From: a virus | Taxonomy: Duplodnaviria > Caudoviricetes | DNA: 64,000 nt | Virus record (IMG/VR): IMGVR_UViG_3300008255_000098 | Direction: 5' to 3' (one strand) | Shown here: positions 37,538 through 48,636 of the stretch, piece after piece | Layout: each line of letters begins with the position of its first letter | How positions within the stretch are numbered: the stretch's first letter is position 1 | The notes under the pieces: generated by a model | The model's input: the letters and a program-made list of their open reading frames with translations, nothing else | Databases searched by the model: none | What the model was told of the DNA's origin: nothing | Program-made: the position numbers and the translations under genes

Positions 37538-40500
37538 TCAAATATTTCCAGCTTGACTATTATTACTCGTAGTAGAAGCATTTTCGTTTGAAGATTCTTC
37601 TGCACGCCTAATTTTCATTTCTTGTAGTATAGCACCAACATTATAAATTGGGGAAATCATATTTCCATTTACGTCGATTCCAGGATTCAAATCATGAACA
37701 GGAGCAAACTCTAATTCTACCGTACACCACTTTGGAGCCTTTGAATTTTGATCTTCAGTTTCCCAAATAGCCCCCTCCCAGTTAAATCTAATTGATTTAA
37801 TAAATCCTGCCAAGCCTTGTCCTTTTGTGGATTCAAAAGATTTAAATATTGGGTTACCGCCGCCGTCGCCTTGTGCGGAACTTGTTCGTGTACTAGCTCC
37901 TCCAATATCGTCAGGAGAGAAAAACTGTGATATTTTTCTCCACGGCTCGTCATCTGGCGTTCCAGAAGATTGTGTCGTCGGACTTACATTTGCAGCCGCC
38001 GCAGCTTCAACAACTGGTTTGTTAATATCAAATCTAATACTTTGATAATTTTGTGTGTTTTGTTGTGGACGAAAATCAATTTCATATATAGTTCCAGCTG
38101 CTTCGCCAGCTAGTCCAGGAGTAAAAGTAATTCTATAAGCACTATCTGATATCTTTGAGGTTACTGTTGCAATAGAATTTACTTGGATTTGTGGTGGAGT
38201 TGGTAAGTTACCATGAGCATGATTTCGCCTTTGGGCACGTATGGCAGCTGTTTCGGCATGTTGACGTTGTGTGCGTTGTTGCCGTGTTTCTCCCGCATGA
38301 GGGTCTGTTGTTCTCCTAATCGCCTTATTCTCACCAACATTACCAATTGTTTGTATTGCTTCTGTTATTTTAAATTGTTCTCCAATATTAAAAGAAGGAA
38401 GATTATTTTCAGTAGAAATACCAAGTTGTCTATCTCTGATATTTTTGTATTCATTCAGGAAGGCATCTTGTGTTTGTCTATCTGACAATGCTACTCCATC
38501 AGTGACATCAAAATCTCTGCTTCCTAAACCAAATAACCTTGCTAGGTCAAATTCATTGAAATTCGATTTAATTAAATCTCCAACTCTAAGTCTGATCATT
38601 GGAGAAGACGAAGGGAGTTGTGAAAATGGTTGTATAAACTTCTTTCCATTATGAGAAAGTGCTCTACCGAGGGTATATTGTGGATATAACATCATCAAAA
38701 TTTTATTAAGTTTATACCACATAACATCAAATCCTGCTTGATTTGTAGCTACTGTTTTAAAACTTAGGCTTATGGCTCTATTAGTATTTTTATATGTGTA
38801 TATTTTACCAATTCTTCCATAACCTTCACTCTCATTGTAATCAGCAGAATGCGAGTCAGATATATTGTCTATAAATGCGTGAAATGAAATAATTTCATTT
38901 GTCCTAAGATCATGAAAATAGAAAGGCATATAATATGAGTCTAATCGTTCTTCAGTTTTTTTAACAAAATCAGCAGATAGTCTTTTGTTGTCTGTTTTGA
39001 CAAAATTTCTTCTACTGCTTAAAATATTATATTTATTAGTATTTCCAAAGCCTGACTCTGCGCTCATAATACTGCTGTTTATCATATAAAGAGCAGGTAA
39101 AGTATTCGCATTCCATGCCATAGTATTTTTATAATCTGCGGCAAGAATATCAGATAGTCTATTTTTTTTAATTAGAGCTGATGGATTCGGAACTATAGAA
39201 GTTTGGTTTGTTTCACTCCCCAGTTTGTTTTCTGATATAAAATCTACTGTGTTATCTATCGTGCTGTCATAAGAACTATTGTATTCTGTGGATAAAACTA
39301 AATCTCCTATATTGGCCATAACATTCATAAATTTTAAGAATCTTGATTCTTTAATAAGTCTAATTGACGCAGAAATTGTTGTTGGGTCACTTGCTGGTCC
39401 TGTAATCGGTTGGTAATCAGCAGGACCATTAGATAGAACGGTTCCAATATCCCCATGTATTCTTGGACCAATGCTTAAAATAGAGGACAGCGGATCCGCA
39501 ATTGAACGTACCAGAAGCCGTAAAATCCCATTATAATAACCAGGGGATTCTACAATTTTTGTTGGTGCTGAGCCAAGTTTGACTCCGCTGGTAATATTTG
39601 AGCCGAAAAATACCTCAAGACCAGCCCGCACTGCATCATCGTATTTATTTTGAGTTGCTACTAATAGATTTTCATTTAGACCGAGTAAAGCTAAACCAAA
39701 ATTTGGATCAGATTCATCTTCCTTTGGAAGGTTACTACCCAACCTTTTTCTTCTTACTTCTAAATCTGTTGGGCCATCTGGCCAAGGACTAATATTGTTT
39801 CCTCTTGGGCTAAATTTACTTAAACTTTTTGCTAAATTTAGAAATATAACAGAAAATGTTTTTACTAATAAAGTTCCAACTATTATACTTGATGTAGCAC
39901 TAGAGATAGCTGAAAAAGGAACAAAAGGGTTGTTTACGCTTCCAAAAGAAGCTTTAGCGCCTGATTTGAGTCCAAATCTCTCCCCAGGGTTTGAGAAATC
40001 ATTACTTTTATTTAACATTTCCTCAGCACTAAAACGGTTTGCATTAACTCGAAAGCCTAAGCGAGCGGTACCAGGAGCTGTTTGGGTTATTGCTCTAGTC
40101 GCTAACTCCTGTCTAACATTGTCTAGGTCTTCTGGAATATAGTGTTCACCAGAGGCTTCTAATAAAATTTGATACCCTATGTTACGAAGTTTTTTAATTG
40201 AAATAGTAGGGTCCTTCTCAGCTATTCCAAAAAGTCTTTTGGGGGAATGTCCGCCAAGGCGGGATTGCAAGACATGTTCCCTAGTTCCAGCTTCATCTTC
40301 AGTAAGTTGCCCGTCAACACCTGGGACATAAAGGTCATCTGGACTTTGTAGAGAATTTTCTTTGATTGTGTCAGAAATTTGCCCAGAAAACAATTCAGGA
40401 TTCTCGTTAAGTCCTGCTAGGAGATTTGAAGCTTGAATTTGCGTCTCAATATCTATATCCCCTGCGTTTCCAGGAATAACATCTTTTTGAAAATATCCAG

Positions 40501-40792
40501 CTACTCCAACTTTTTCAAAACTTGCTTGTATTTCAGTGGTTTGTTTTTGTAAATGAGCATTACTACTAGGGTCGTTATTTACGAACACACCAAGGTTAGG
40601 ACCATCCTGTATGGCAGCGACGCTGCTATTGGTTTTATCAGGAATCATTTGTTGAAAATATTCACCAATTTTTACCTTGGTTCCAGTAGAAAAATCGTCT
40701 TCTCTAACATGAACAAGCGGGTCGTCACCACGACGTGCCCTGTCCCCGTTTTCTAGAATTATTTTCTCTGGTATGTCGTCTCTGTCGGTCAT
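37538..40792 (-). CDS. Large tail-tube initiator/baseplate protein (gp48/gp54-like tube domain)
   Basis: MPFYFHDLRTNEIISFHAFIDNISDSHSADYNESEGYGRIGKIYTYKNTNRAISLSFK and C-terminal GFIKSIRFNWEGAIWE...PKWCTVELEFAPVHD. Confidence 0.65.
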   Translation of the reverse strand: MTDRDDIPEKIILENGDRARRGDDPLVHVREDDFSTGTKVKIGEYFQQMIPDKTNSSVAAIQDGPNLGVFVNNDPSSNAHLQKQTTEIQASFEKVGVAGYFQKDVIPGNAGDIDIETQIQASNLLAGLNENPELFSGQISDTIKENSLQSPDDLYVPGVDGQLTEDEAGTREHVLQSRLGGHSPKRLFGIAEKDPTISIKKLRNIGYQILLEASGEHYIPEDLDNVRQELATRAITQTAPGTARLGFRVNANRFSAEEMLNKSNDFSNPGERFGLKSGAKASFGSVNNPFVPFSAISSATSSIIVGTLLVKTFSVIFLNLAKSLSKFSPRGNNISPWPDGPTDLEVRRKRLGSNLPKEDESDPNFGLALLGLNENLLVATQNKYDDAVRAGLEVFFGSNITSGVKLGSAPTKIVESPGYYNGILRLLVRSIADPLSSILSIGPRIHGDIGTVLSNGPADYQPITGPASDPTTISASIRLIKESRFLKFMNVMANIGDLVLSTEYNSSYDSTIDNTVDFISENKLGSETNQTSIVPNPSALIKKNRLSDILAADYKNTMAWNANTLPALYMINSSIMSAESGFGNTNKYNILSSRRNFVKTDNKRLSADFVKKTEERLDSYYMPFYFHDLRTNEIISFHAFIDNISDSHSADYNESEGYGRIGKIYTYKNTNRAISLSFKTVATNQAGFDVMWYKLNKILMMLYPQYTLGRALSHNGKKFIQPFSQLPSSSPMIRLRVGDLIKSNFNEFDLARLFGLGSRDFDVTDGVALSDRQTQDAFLNEYKNIRDRQLGISTENNLPSFNIGEQFKITEAIQTIGNVGENKAIRRTTDPHAGETRQQRTQRQHAETAAIRAQRRNHAHGNLPTPPQIQVNSIATVTSKISDSAYRITFTPGLAGEAAGTIYEIDFRPQQNTQNYQSIRFDINKPVVEAAAAANVSPTTQSSGTPDDEPWRKISQFFSPDDIGGASTRTSSAQGDGGGNPIFKSFESTKGQGLAGFIKSIRFNWEGAIWETEDQNSKAPKWCTVELEFAPVHDLNPGIDVNGNMISPIYNVGAILQEMKIRRAEESSNENASTTSNNSQAGNI

Positions 40793-40803
40793 ATTATATC
40801 TAA

Positions 40804-40968
40804 TTATTCACTTGACAATTTTTGTATTGGCTCTAATAGATTCTTTTCAAATCGCTCAGTTATTTCCTGTAGTGCTTTTAAAATTACAACTCGTTCGTCT
40901 TCAGGAAGTTTTTCCAAAAGTTCTTTGTAATAAGGATCGTTAATACACTGCTCAAATATTTTTTCCAT
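40804..40968 (-). CDS. 54-aa helical protein missing from the ORF track
   Basis: Translated by hand: MEKIFEQCINDPYYKELLEKLPEDERVVILKALQEITERFEKNLLEPIQKLSSE. It exactly fills the TMP-tube gene gap, with ATAGTTA 12 nt upstream. Confidence 0.7.
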   Translation of the reverse strand: MEKIFEQCINDPYYKELLEKLPEDERVVILKALQEITERFEKNLLEPIQKLSSE

Positions 40969-40983
40969 CGTCTTTCAACCTAA

Positions 40984-43900
40984 CTATGGGGTATGTTTAG
41001 TTGCTATGTTGTTGCCATCTCTATTGATCAGCACATCTTCAAGCTCTTTAGCGTCAATATTTATTGTAAAGTTTACATTCAAGTTAACTGGTTCTTGTGC
41101 AATGTGTAGGTTTCCAGTAGAAGTTAAACCAAGTTTGTGATTTAGCTCGGTAAGTTTTGTAACAATATTAAATCCAGAGGCGCTAGAAAGAACTCTACTA
41201 ATTCCAGCCATTCTTTCTGTTAGAGCAGTAACGCCAGTAGAGACACGTTCAATCATAGCACTATCAAGATTACCAGCCGCAGATTGAATGTGCCCTCCTA
41301 TTTCTTCAGTAGCAGCCAATATATCTTTCAGTCTATTAGCGTTTGATAGTGCCCTAGGAGGAACTGCTGTCCTTCCTAGCTCGTCTATTGCATTTAACCA
41401 GTGAATCCCTTTTCCGGCACCAGAATTCCAGTTCCTCATAAACAAATGTGCAAAAAACGTATTAACGCCTTTCATGTCGTTTCCACCACCAGATAACCTA
41501 TTAATAATACCACTTTTCAATAGTTCTCCTAGAGAACCAACAGCCTCTAATACGCCCTTTATTCTTGTTGCATTTGTGGAAGCCTGTCTTGGAATTACTA
41601 CTGTACCCAAAGATTTAATTGAAGATATTATTGTGGCTCCACCAGAATCTGAAAATAATGCTTGTAATATAGCCTGGACGCCATCAAGACGGGCTTCAAA
41701 CAACTCTTTACCGCCGGATATATCAGAACCACCTGCGCCAAGGGTGTTTACAGCGTCGGTAAGAATGTTGATCAACCCAAAAGTATCTGAAACAACTGGT
41801 ATAATCGTCTTAAGCCTACTTATTTCTCCAGGTCTTAACCCTTTTGCCATGGCTAAAATACTGTTAATAACTCTAGGTATTTCTGTTTTTAGAGAAGAGA
41901 AAATTCCCAAAGAATAATTCTTAAGCATATCCCCAACGGCAGAAATAGCCGCAGGACCTGCTTTAGACATGTCTTTAATATTGTCAAATGACATAGACGA
42001 AGATAAACTTTTTACAACTTCTACGATTTGTTCGAAAAGAGAACTTGTTAGTTTGATTTGTTCTATTTTGTCTGTTGGAATACTATTTGCTATTCCTGCA
42101 AAACTAGACATAAACTCACTCATAACAGGCATAAAATCTTTAATTATGTTCAAAGTGCTAGTCATATATTGGCGTAAAAAGTTTAAAAAGTCAGCTGCCG
42201 GGTCATTTGCAACTTCATAATTTCGCCCGCCGCCGAACAACTCAGACATGTTATTTGCTCCATTTGCGAGTGCTTTTGAAAAAGATGAAGCACCAAGTGC
42301 AATGCCAGCCACACCGGCATTTGCCCCACTTGGGACTAAGGCTTGTAGCAAAGACCCAATCCCTGTTAAAAATGAGGAGAATGCTTGAACTTTTCCGGTA
42401 TCCACGTTTGGCATTCCTTCTAATAGTTTTAAGAACCCTAAAGTTTGTGGAACTAGGTAAGTTAAAGCGCCGGTCGTCAATTTTAAATAATTTCCTGCTG
42501 CCATAAGGATTTCTGGCGTAAGTCCAATTGTAGCTGCCATGTTATCAAATAATTCTGGCGGGGGAACCAAAGCTTTGGCTAAACCACCGATGGCGGCCAA
42601 TATCGCTGCTACTTTATCTGCTTTACTTAAATCCTCTACACTTACATCTTTGATTGCAGTAACCATTGTTTCTATCAATTGTCTTGATTGCCCTCCAATT
42701 GCTTCTACTAATCTAACTACCATTCCAATTGTTTTTGAAGTTTCTCCTTCTGGGTCTCTTCCGAAAGGATTCATTAGTAATCCCAAGAAAGACGGGGTAG
42801 ACATTTCAATTATGCTGCTTATGTTTCCGGCAAAGTCTCCAATTGCTTTAATGAGATTAACAAACACAGTAGATTTTTGTTCAAATCCTGCGTCAACATG
42901 TACATTATTAATAACTCTCATAATAGAAGTCGCATGGAGGGCAGCGGCTGTAGCAACCAACGCTATCATTCCCATGCCAGCAATCATAGCAAGGGCACCG
43001 AGCCCGGAGAAGGAAGATGCTAAAAGTCCAACTGCCGCAGCTACCAAGGTAAGCGCAGATGAGGCAAGATAGACAACTAGCATGGTTCCCATGCCGGTCT
43101 TAACGGTCTCTGCCATGCTAGGAGTAATACCTCCCATTATTTTAGAAATTAAAACAAGGTTTCCAGCCATTAAAAGGGTTAGAGCAGAAATTAGTGCTAC
43201 TCCTATTAAAGCTTTCCCAAAAACGCCTGGGCTGACACCGCTAAGCACTTTAGCTGCTAACGACACTCCAACCATGCCGACTATTGTTGCGGCGATTATT
43301 GTCAAAGGAAGAAGAGCATCTTGGATTTTGGTTATTCCACTACTAGTTAAAATTTTACTAATAGCAACAATAGAAAAAGCTACCGCAATACCACCTAGGG
43401 CTATTGCCCCAGCGATAGCTAATAGTTTTAATCCAAGTTTTACCGCAGCAGCAGCGCCAAAGCCCCTTGTCTCCGTTTCAACTGCTCTAGTTGCGCCCGC
43501 TGTAGCACCAACTTCCGCCATTGCCCCTGCGCCTGCTCCAGGTCTACTAACCCTTGAAAGATTATTACCAGCTTGCATGGTAGAGTTTACACCATGTTCT
43601 AATACCTTGGCGCCTTTACCTAGAATGCCAGATTTTACAAAACCAACCATGCCTTTTAGAAAGGCTACTCCGAGAGTCATTATAAGTGTTCTAGTAATCG
43701 CTCCAATAATTGCGGGCCCAAACAATATTCCAGCAATATAAGGTGCGGCTGCCCACAAGGCAGGTTTAATTTTTTCCCAAGCGATGGCAAACAAATCTAA
43801 TAAAGCATCTCTAAGTGCTGGCCAAGTATCTTTAATAGCCCTCCAAGCTGGCTCTATAAGTTCTACTATAAATGATAATAATCCACTACCTGCGGAGTTT

Positions 43901-45801
43901 GCAGCAGACATAACTGCTGATGGATCGCCTATAAAACCTATAATTCCACGTATCGCATCAGCAGCACCAGTCATTCCTACTCTAACCAGTTGTGCAAAAA
44001 CATTCATTATTGCTTTTGAAAATGTTTTAAAGCCTTCAATCGTTTTTTTCCCCGAGGGAGTTGTTGTGTTGAACCAATCGAAGAAAGTAGATTTAAGTTT
44101 TTTGAACAAACTTGACAACGCAATACTAGGGTTTGAAGTTAAATCTTTGAAAAAATCTTTGAAAGTGGTAACAACACCATGTAACATTTTTCTCCATCTT
44201 GCTCTGTCAAATAAATCTCCCATGCCTTTTAACATGTCTTTGACGCCAGGAAAATATTTTACAAACATTTGTCCTACACGACGGCCAGCCCTGTATGTCA
44301 TTCTCATAGCATATCGTAGCTTTATCATTAGGCCCCAAAATTCTTTTGTCCACTTAATACCCCGAAAAAACCCTTGAAGGAAAATATCAAAAAATCCGCC
44401 TTTGAGTTCTGGACCTTGTTTAACAAGCCTTTGGATGGAGTTAGAAAGTCGTTCCATAGCTTCAACCTGAGAAAGTTGTTGTTTCTCAGCATTTGCTCCT
44501 TGTTTTTGTATTTCTCCGTAAGATAACCCTGCGTTTTTTTGTGAGAACACTAGTGAAGCAGTTTTTTGATCAAGTCCAGTAGTTTGAGCCAACAACGCAC
44601 GCTCTTGTCGAGTCATGGTTTCAACAGTTCTTCCAGTCGCAAAAAATGCTTTTCTTAATCTATCTATATTAGCAGCAGGATCTTGTTCTTGAACCATTTG
44701 TAAAGTATCGAGTTGAACACCAAACGCCTGAGATAGTTGTGACACATTTTCAGCAGCTTTATCAAAATCAGCAAATGCATCTAGAGAACTAGTTAATTTA
44801 TCTATTTCAATTCCTAGTTTTCTAGCATATACAGAAACCTGTGATAATTGTTTAACGCCTAAATTACCAAAATGTTCGAAATCATTCATCATCGTACCGA
44901 CATCTTGGGAAATAATGGCTCCGTTCATTCTAAATGCATCACCGAGAGCAAATGCGGTAGAAGTTATATGCCTCCCGACTTCTTGAAATGATGTTCCTGC
45001 CCTTGAGGCTTGTTCCGTAACAGCCCGCAGTCCCTCATCTGTAAGATGTAAACCTTTTTGATATGCAAATACTCTTTCACCATTGTCATTCAATTCTCTA
45101 CTAAAATTATGAAATAACGGGCCCATTTTTTCTGCTATTTCACGCAACGCAGCCATCGTCTCGGCCATGTTTCCCATAGTGCGCCAAATTGAAAGACCAG
45201 TTTCAGCGAGTTGACCACCAAAGTGGTCAATCTTTCTCCAAGATTGAATTAAATCTCTACCCTCGTTTTGGGTTAGATCGCCAAAAGTACCTCTAATTTT
45301 TTCAAATTCTTCTCTTAGTGCTGTTCCTCCAACGCCAACATTATTCATTAATCCATATAATATCTTAAATGGTAAAGATATTATTGACGCACCAACATTT
45401 AAAAACGTACTAGCAAGTCCACCAGCAACACTTGCAAGAGAAGAAATAGCATTTGCAGTTAATTTAAACCCTCCGGCGGAGCCTTCAATTGCAGCAATAA
45501 TCGGAGCTGCCTTAAGCGCCTTTTTACCAAAACGCTCAATATTTTGACTCATTTTGTCTATATCTTTAGCACTTTGTTTTGCTGCTTTGTTCATTTCTTC
45601 AAGGGTTTGTTGTCCAGAATTGAAACTGTTCATATTTTCAGCTGAATTTTTAATAGCAGAATTTATTTTACTAAATCCATTTGACATTGCGCTGAAATCA
45701 ATTTGTTGAGCAGCTTTAGCAAGATCTCGCATAACATTGAGTTGTGCGCTAAGTCTAGCAGTCTGTTGAGCAATTAAGTCATTTTGTTCTTTTGATGCCA
45801 T
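40984..45801 (-). CDS. Tail tape measure protein
   Basis: 1605 aa, Ala/Gly/Leu-rich helical, with long hydrophobic segments in the middle; upstream of the tube/LysM/hub genes. Confidence 0.85.
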   Translation of the reverse strand: MASKEQNDLIAQQTARLSAQLNVMRDLAKAAQQIDFSAMSNGFSKINSAIKNSAENMNSFNSGQQTLEEMNKAAKQSAKDIDKMSQNIERFGKKALKAAPIIAAIEGSAGGFKLTANAISSLASVAGGLASTFLNVGASIISLPFKILYGLMNNVGVGGTALREEFEKIRGTFGDLTQNEGRDLIQSWRKIDHFGGQLAETGLSIWRTMGNMAETMAALREIAEKMGPLFHNFSRELNDNGERVFAYQKGLHLTDEGLRAVTEQASRAGTSFQEVGRHITSTAFALGDAFRMNGAIISQDVGTMMNDFEHFGNLGVKQLSQVSVYARKLGIEIDKLTSSLDAFADFDKAAENVSQLSQAFGVQLDTLQMVQEQDPAANIDRLRKAFFATGRTVETMTRQERALLAQTTGLDQKTASLVFSQKNAGLSYGEIQKQGANAEKQQLSQVEAMERLSNSIQRLVKQGPELKGGFFDIFLQGFFRGIKWTKEFWGLMIKLRYAMRMTYRAGRRVGQMFVKYFPGVKDMLKGMGDLFDRARWRKMLHGVVTTFKDFFKDLTSNPSIALSSLFKKLKSTFFDWFNTTTPSGKKTIEGFKTFSKAIMNVFAQLVRVGMTGAADAIRGIIGFIGDPSAVMSAANSAGSGLLSFIVELIEPAWRAIKDTWPALRDALLDLFAIAWEKIKPALWAAAPYIAGILFGPAIIGAITRTLIMTLGVAFLKGMVGFVKSGILGKGAKVLEHGVNSTMQAGNNLSRVSRPGAGAGAMAEVGATAGATRAVETETRGFGAAAAVKLGLKLLAIAGAIALGGIAVAFSIVAISKILTSSGITKIQDALLPLTIIAATIVGMVGVSLAAKVLSGVSPGVFGKALIGVALISALTLLMAGNLVLISKIMGGITPSMAETVKTGMGTMLVVYLASSALTLVAAAVGLLASSFSGLGALAMIAGMGMIALVATAAALHATSIMRVINNVHVDAGFEQKSTVFVNLIKAIGDFAGNISSIIEMSTPSFLGLLMNPFGRDPEGETSKTIGMVVRLVEAIGGQSRQLIETMVTAIKDVSVEDLSKADKVAAILAAIGGLAKALVPPPELFDNMAATIGLTPEILMAAGNYLKLTTGALTYLVPQTLGFLKLLEGMPNVDTGKVQAFSSFLTGIGSLLQALVPSGANAGVAGIALGASSFSKALANGANNMSELFGGGRNYEVANDPAADFLNFLRQYMTSTLNIIKDFMPVMSEFMSSFAGIANSIPTDKIEQIKLTSSLFEQIVEVVKSLSSSMSFDNIKDMSKAGPAAISAVGDMLKNYSLGIFSSLKTEIPRVINSILAMAKGLRPGEISRLKTIIPVVSDTFGLINILTDAVNTLGAGGSDISGGKELFEARLDGVQAILQALFSDSGGATIISSIKSLGTVVIPRQASTNATRIKGVLEAVGSLGELLKSGIINRLSGGGNDMKGVNTFFAHLFMRNWNSGAGKGIHWLNAIDELGRTAVPPRALSNANRLKDILAATEEIGGHIQSAAGNLDSAMIERVSTGVTALTERMAGISRVLSSASGFNIVTKLTELNHKLGLTSTGNLHIAQEPVNLNVNFTINIDAKELEDVLINRDGNNIATKHTP

Positions 45802-45962
45802 TGTGTGCTAGAATAATTACTAAGGTGGGAAATTTTCGCCGAATATTTTTATAACTATTAACAAATAGTATATGCGCTAATACGGATTATGTAAATTATT
45901 GTTAAAAATAACTATAACAAATCTATTTAATCCTACAGAAATAATATTAAGGACCTTTTAAA

Positions 45963-46322
45963 ATGTCAACAAACGATAATGATCTCTCTGAGAGGCTAAT
46001 AATGGAGGCCCCTATTAGAGTTTCTGGCGAAGAACAACTCAATGAAATTAAGTTATCTTGGGCTGGAAAGATATTTTTTGCAGGAGCAGCTGCTTATATA
46101 GCAGGTAAAGGGTTGCAACAAAAAATAAAACTTCCAGTTAAGGTCAGGGGCACGCCTAAACAAATGAAAGCGGTTATTGACGCTATTATGGGTTCAAAAG
46201 AGTTTCAACAAGAAATAGGTCGTCCGGGAGCAACTATTGACCAAGTAATTGAAAAACTTCAACTTAGAAATTTGACAAAAGCTCGTTTTAGACAGCTAAC
46301 TGGCCTGCCATTTCCATTATAA
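45963..46322 (+). CDS. Hypothetical protein with Glu-motif leader
   Basis: LSERLIMEA and QLNEIK in the N-terminus; CTATTTA at 45923-45929 upstream. Confidence 0.7.
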   Translation: MSTNDNDLSERLIMEAPIRVSGEEQLNEIKLSWAGKIFFAGAAAYIAGKGLQQKIKLPVKVRGTPKQMKAVIDAIMGSKEFQQEIGRPGATIDQVIEKLQLRNLTKARFRQLTGLPFPL

Positions 46323-46943
46323 GCCTAGTTCTTGTAATTCTTTAATTGTGGTAGCCGCATCAACATGTTCAATAGCCATGCCGCCGAAATTTCTCCACGG
46401 AACTATATATTTTGGCATATCGTCTATTAAAAGAGGAATGTTTCCTCTTTTAAGGACATTTCTGATTTCTTCATGTTTTGTGTGGGTGATAATAATCTTA
46501 TTTTTTCCTAGATTCAGTTCACGTTTACACCAGTCTATTTTTCCAAGTTTTGAATTTGGTCCCATCGGTCCAGTACATGCAACTGGATTTTTTGGTTGAA
46601 TATATTCCCACAAATCTTTACCATCTGGTAACCATTCCAATTCGGACCACCAGCGGCGGTTGTTTGACACCAAACTATACATCAAATTACGCACGTGCTT
46701 CTTCTCAGTACCCCAGCAAACGTCCTCAAAAATAAATTTAGAGCCTAGATTGCTGGATAAAAGTTCACCCCCCTGTTGCGTTATAGCTTTTTTGGCGGCA
46801 GCATAAAGTTTTGGATATTTTGTTTTATAAAAATTTTTATTTTTATCAACTTTTTCGACGAATTCATTCATGGTCTGCAATGCGCCACCCATGTAGTCGC
46901 AAAGTGTTCCATCAAGATCACAAAATATTTCGTATTTTTCCAT
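46317..46943 (-). CDS. HAD-superfamily 5'(3')-nucleotidase-like phosphatase
   Basis: IFCDLDGTLCDY (DxDG) and LLIDD. Confidence 0.8.
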   Translation of the reverse strand: MEKYEIFCDLDGTLCDYMGGALQTMNEFVEKVDKNKNFYKTKYPKLYAAAKKAITQQGGELLSSNLGSKFIFEDVCWGTEKKHVRNLMYSLVSNNRRWWSELEWLPDGKDLWEYIQPKNPVACTGPMGPNSKLGKIDWCKRELNLGKNKIIITHTKHEEIRNVLKRGNIPLLIDDMPKYIVPWRNFGGMAIEHVDAATTIKELQELGL

Positions 46944-46982
46944 GTGTATAACATAACACAGATTTTTGGAAAATGAACTTGT

Positions 46983-47654
46983 TTATTTTGTGAGAGTTTG
47001 TACCAACTCGGTCCACTTTACTGTTGCTTCGCCCTCGATGGAAGTTTTCCCGCCAGGTCCGAGCCATAAATTTGGGTCTGTATGATCGCTGCTATAATCT
47101 CCAGTGGCAGCTTTATTTAGTACGTGTATGAGTTCGTGTACTGCTGGTTGCCCTTTTTCCGCAATAGTTGATAAATAATCTGTGCGGATGACTACCATAT
47201 CTACTCTTTTAGTTCCAAAAATACCAGAAAGCTCAACAGAATATGCGGCGACATGTTTTAGATTGTCATCCGACCACATCCCGACATCACCGCCAGCCTC
47301 GAAATTTTTGTTTGTTTTAAACAAAAAAATAACATGGGGTCTGCTCGCTTTTGTAATTTTTCTATTATGGAAAATTGTTTCAGTTGCTATCATCGCAACA
47401 GCACATTTTTCAGCCACGTCTTTTGCTTGCATTATTTTTCCGTCAACGATCCAAGCTTCTGTTTCGTTGGAAATTTTATTTTTGATTGAAGGTAAATCTT
47501 TATCGACTATTATGGTTGCAGTTTTTCCCCCAACAACCGCACTAAATTTATAGCCTTTTGGGAAATCAGGTCCACGCAAAATCTTAACTAAGGCCCATGC
47601 GCCAATTCCTAAGAATGTTACTACAGTTACTATTAAAATTATAATTCCAATCAT
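46983..47654 (-). CDS. Membrane-anchored protein with HExxH zinc-peptidase motif
   Basis: N-terminal TM IIILIVTVVTFLGIGAWALV; VHELIHVL followed by a further His. Confidence 0.6.
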   Translation of the reverse strand: MIGIIILIVTVVTFLGIGAWALVKILRGPDFPKGYKFSAVVGGKTATIIVDKDLPSIKNKISNETEAWIVDGKIMQAKDVAEKCAVAMIATETIFHNRKITKASRPHVIFLFKTNKNFEAGGDVGMWSDDNLKHVAAYSVELSGIFGTKRVDMVVIRTDYLSTIAEKGQPAVHELIHVLNKAATGDYSSDHTDPNLWLGPGGKTSIEGEATVKWTELVQTLTK

Positions 47655-47697
47655 TTCTTACCTCATGCGTGTTTGAAGTAAGTATTATTTCAGAATA

Positions 47698-48009
47698 TTA
47701 CTCGTCTAGTTTTTTATTTGGATTGTTTTTAATATCCATTTCAAGACCTAAAAGTCCATACCCAGCAATATCTGCAAAAGGACTTTCTCCTAAAGCATCT
47801 TTGTCAGTTGCAATCCGTTTAAGTTTATCAAAAATTCTTATTACACAAAGCATATCTTGATATTTCTCAGGAGGTATTCCGTCTGGATATAGCATCTTAA
47901 GAAACTCTCCTGCATCATTAAATGAGTTTCCGTAAGCCTTGTTTTTAATATCCACTATTTTTCCGATTTGCGTACCAAGTTTTTCGTATTTTGAATTTTC
48001 GTCTTGCAT
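47698..48009 (-). CDS. Nucleotide-modification-associated domain 1 (DUF1599-like) protein
   Basis: KNKAYGNSF...RIFDKLKRI...ESPFADIAGYGLLG. Confidence 0.75.
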   Translation of the reverse strand: MQDENSKYEKLGTQIGKIVDIKNKAYGNSFNDAGEFLKMLYPDGIPPEKYQDMLCVIRIFDKLKRIATDKDALGESPFADIAGYGLLGLEMDIKNNPNKKLDE

Positions 48010-48031
48010 GTTTTCTTTCGGGTGTTAAATC

Positions 48032-48061
48032 AGTATAGCAAGCTAACAAAAAGATTTGAAA
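48032..48061 (-). promoter_or_regulatory. Sigma70-type promoter with extended -10
   Basis: TTTCAA-N18-TATACT with TGn immediately before the -10, upstream of ATG 48009. Confidence 0.5.
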
Positions 48062-48092
48062 TACTTTTTTAAACTTCTATTTACCAAGATAC

Positions 48093-48635
48093 ATGGTAAA
48101 ACAATACGAAAAGCTTGGGGAGAAAAAAATTATTCTAAAAGATAAAATGTCGGGGTACGATAAAAAACTTCTTTTAAAGACTTATAGATTACCAAATGGC
48201 GTAATAGAAAATTTTTTCATTGACGACGATAAAGATAGTGTCCAAATATTTCCGGTTACAACTGACAACATGGTGCTAACAGTTAGTCAATTCCGCCCTG
48301 GTATAGAAAAAACTATTATTGAGCTTCCAGGCGGCGGCCTAGAGAAGGGCGAAGACCCAAAAGAAGCCGCAAGCCGAGAGCTAAAAGAAGAGACAGGTTA
48401 TACTGGAACCTTGGTGTTTTTAGGAAAATTAAATTACAGCCCATATTCTTCTGGTTGTAAATACCTTTTTGCTGCTAAAGATTGTAAAAAAATTAGCGGA
48501 CTAGAACTAGACGAAAATGAATTTCTATCTGTTGTGAAATGGCCAATGAGTAAATTTAGAAAAACAATTTCCGGCGGAAAAATTAGAGGAACTGATTGCA
48601 TTTATATGGGATTAGATGCTTTGGACCTTTTATAA
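48093..48635 (+). CDS. NUDIX hydrolase (ADP-ribose pyrophosphatase-like)
   Basis: Nudix box PGGGLEKGEDPKEAASRELKEETGY; upstream QFRPG...IELP typical of the NudF type. Confidence 0.9.
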   Translation: MVKQYEKLGEKKIILKDKMSGYDKKLLLKTYRLPNGVIENFFIDDDKDSVQIFPVTTDNMVLTVSQFRPGIEKTIIELPGGGLEKGEDPKEAASRELKEETGYTGTLVFLGKLNYSPYSSGCKYLFAAKDCKKISGLELDENEFLSVVKWPMSKFRKTISGGKIRGTDCIYMGLDALDLL

Positions 48636-48636
48636 A

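Noticed and set aside
10453-45801. Baseplate/tail genes as a bacterial extracellular contractile injection system, or the whole window as a eukaryotic giant virus (actin, kinases, gmd/fcl)
   Set aside because: The context has a long tape measure protein, phage sigma, ThyX, class II RNR, SD sites, lipoboxes and dense operons, with no bacterial housekeeping or NCLDV core genes. A large tailed phage explains everything.
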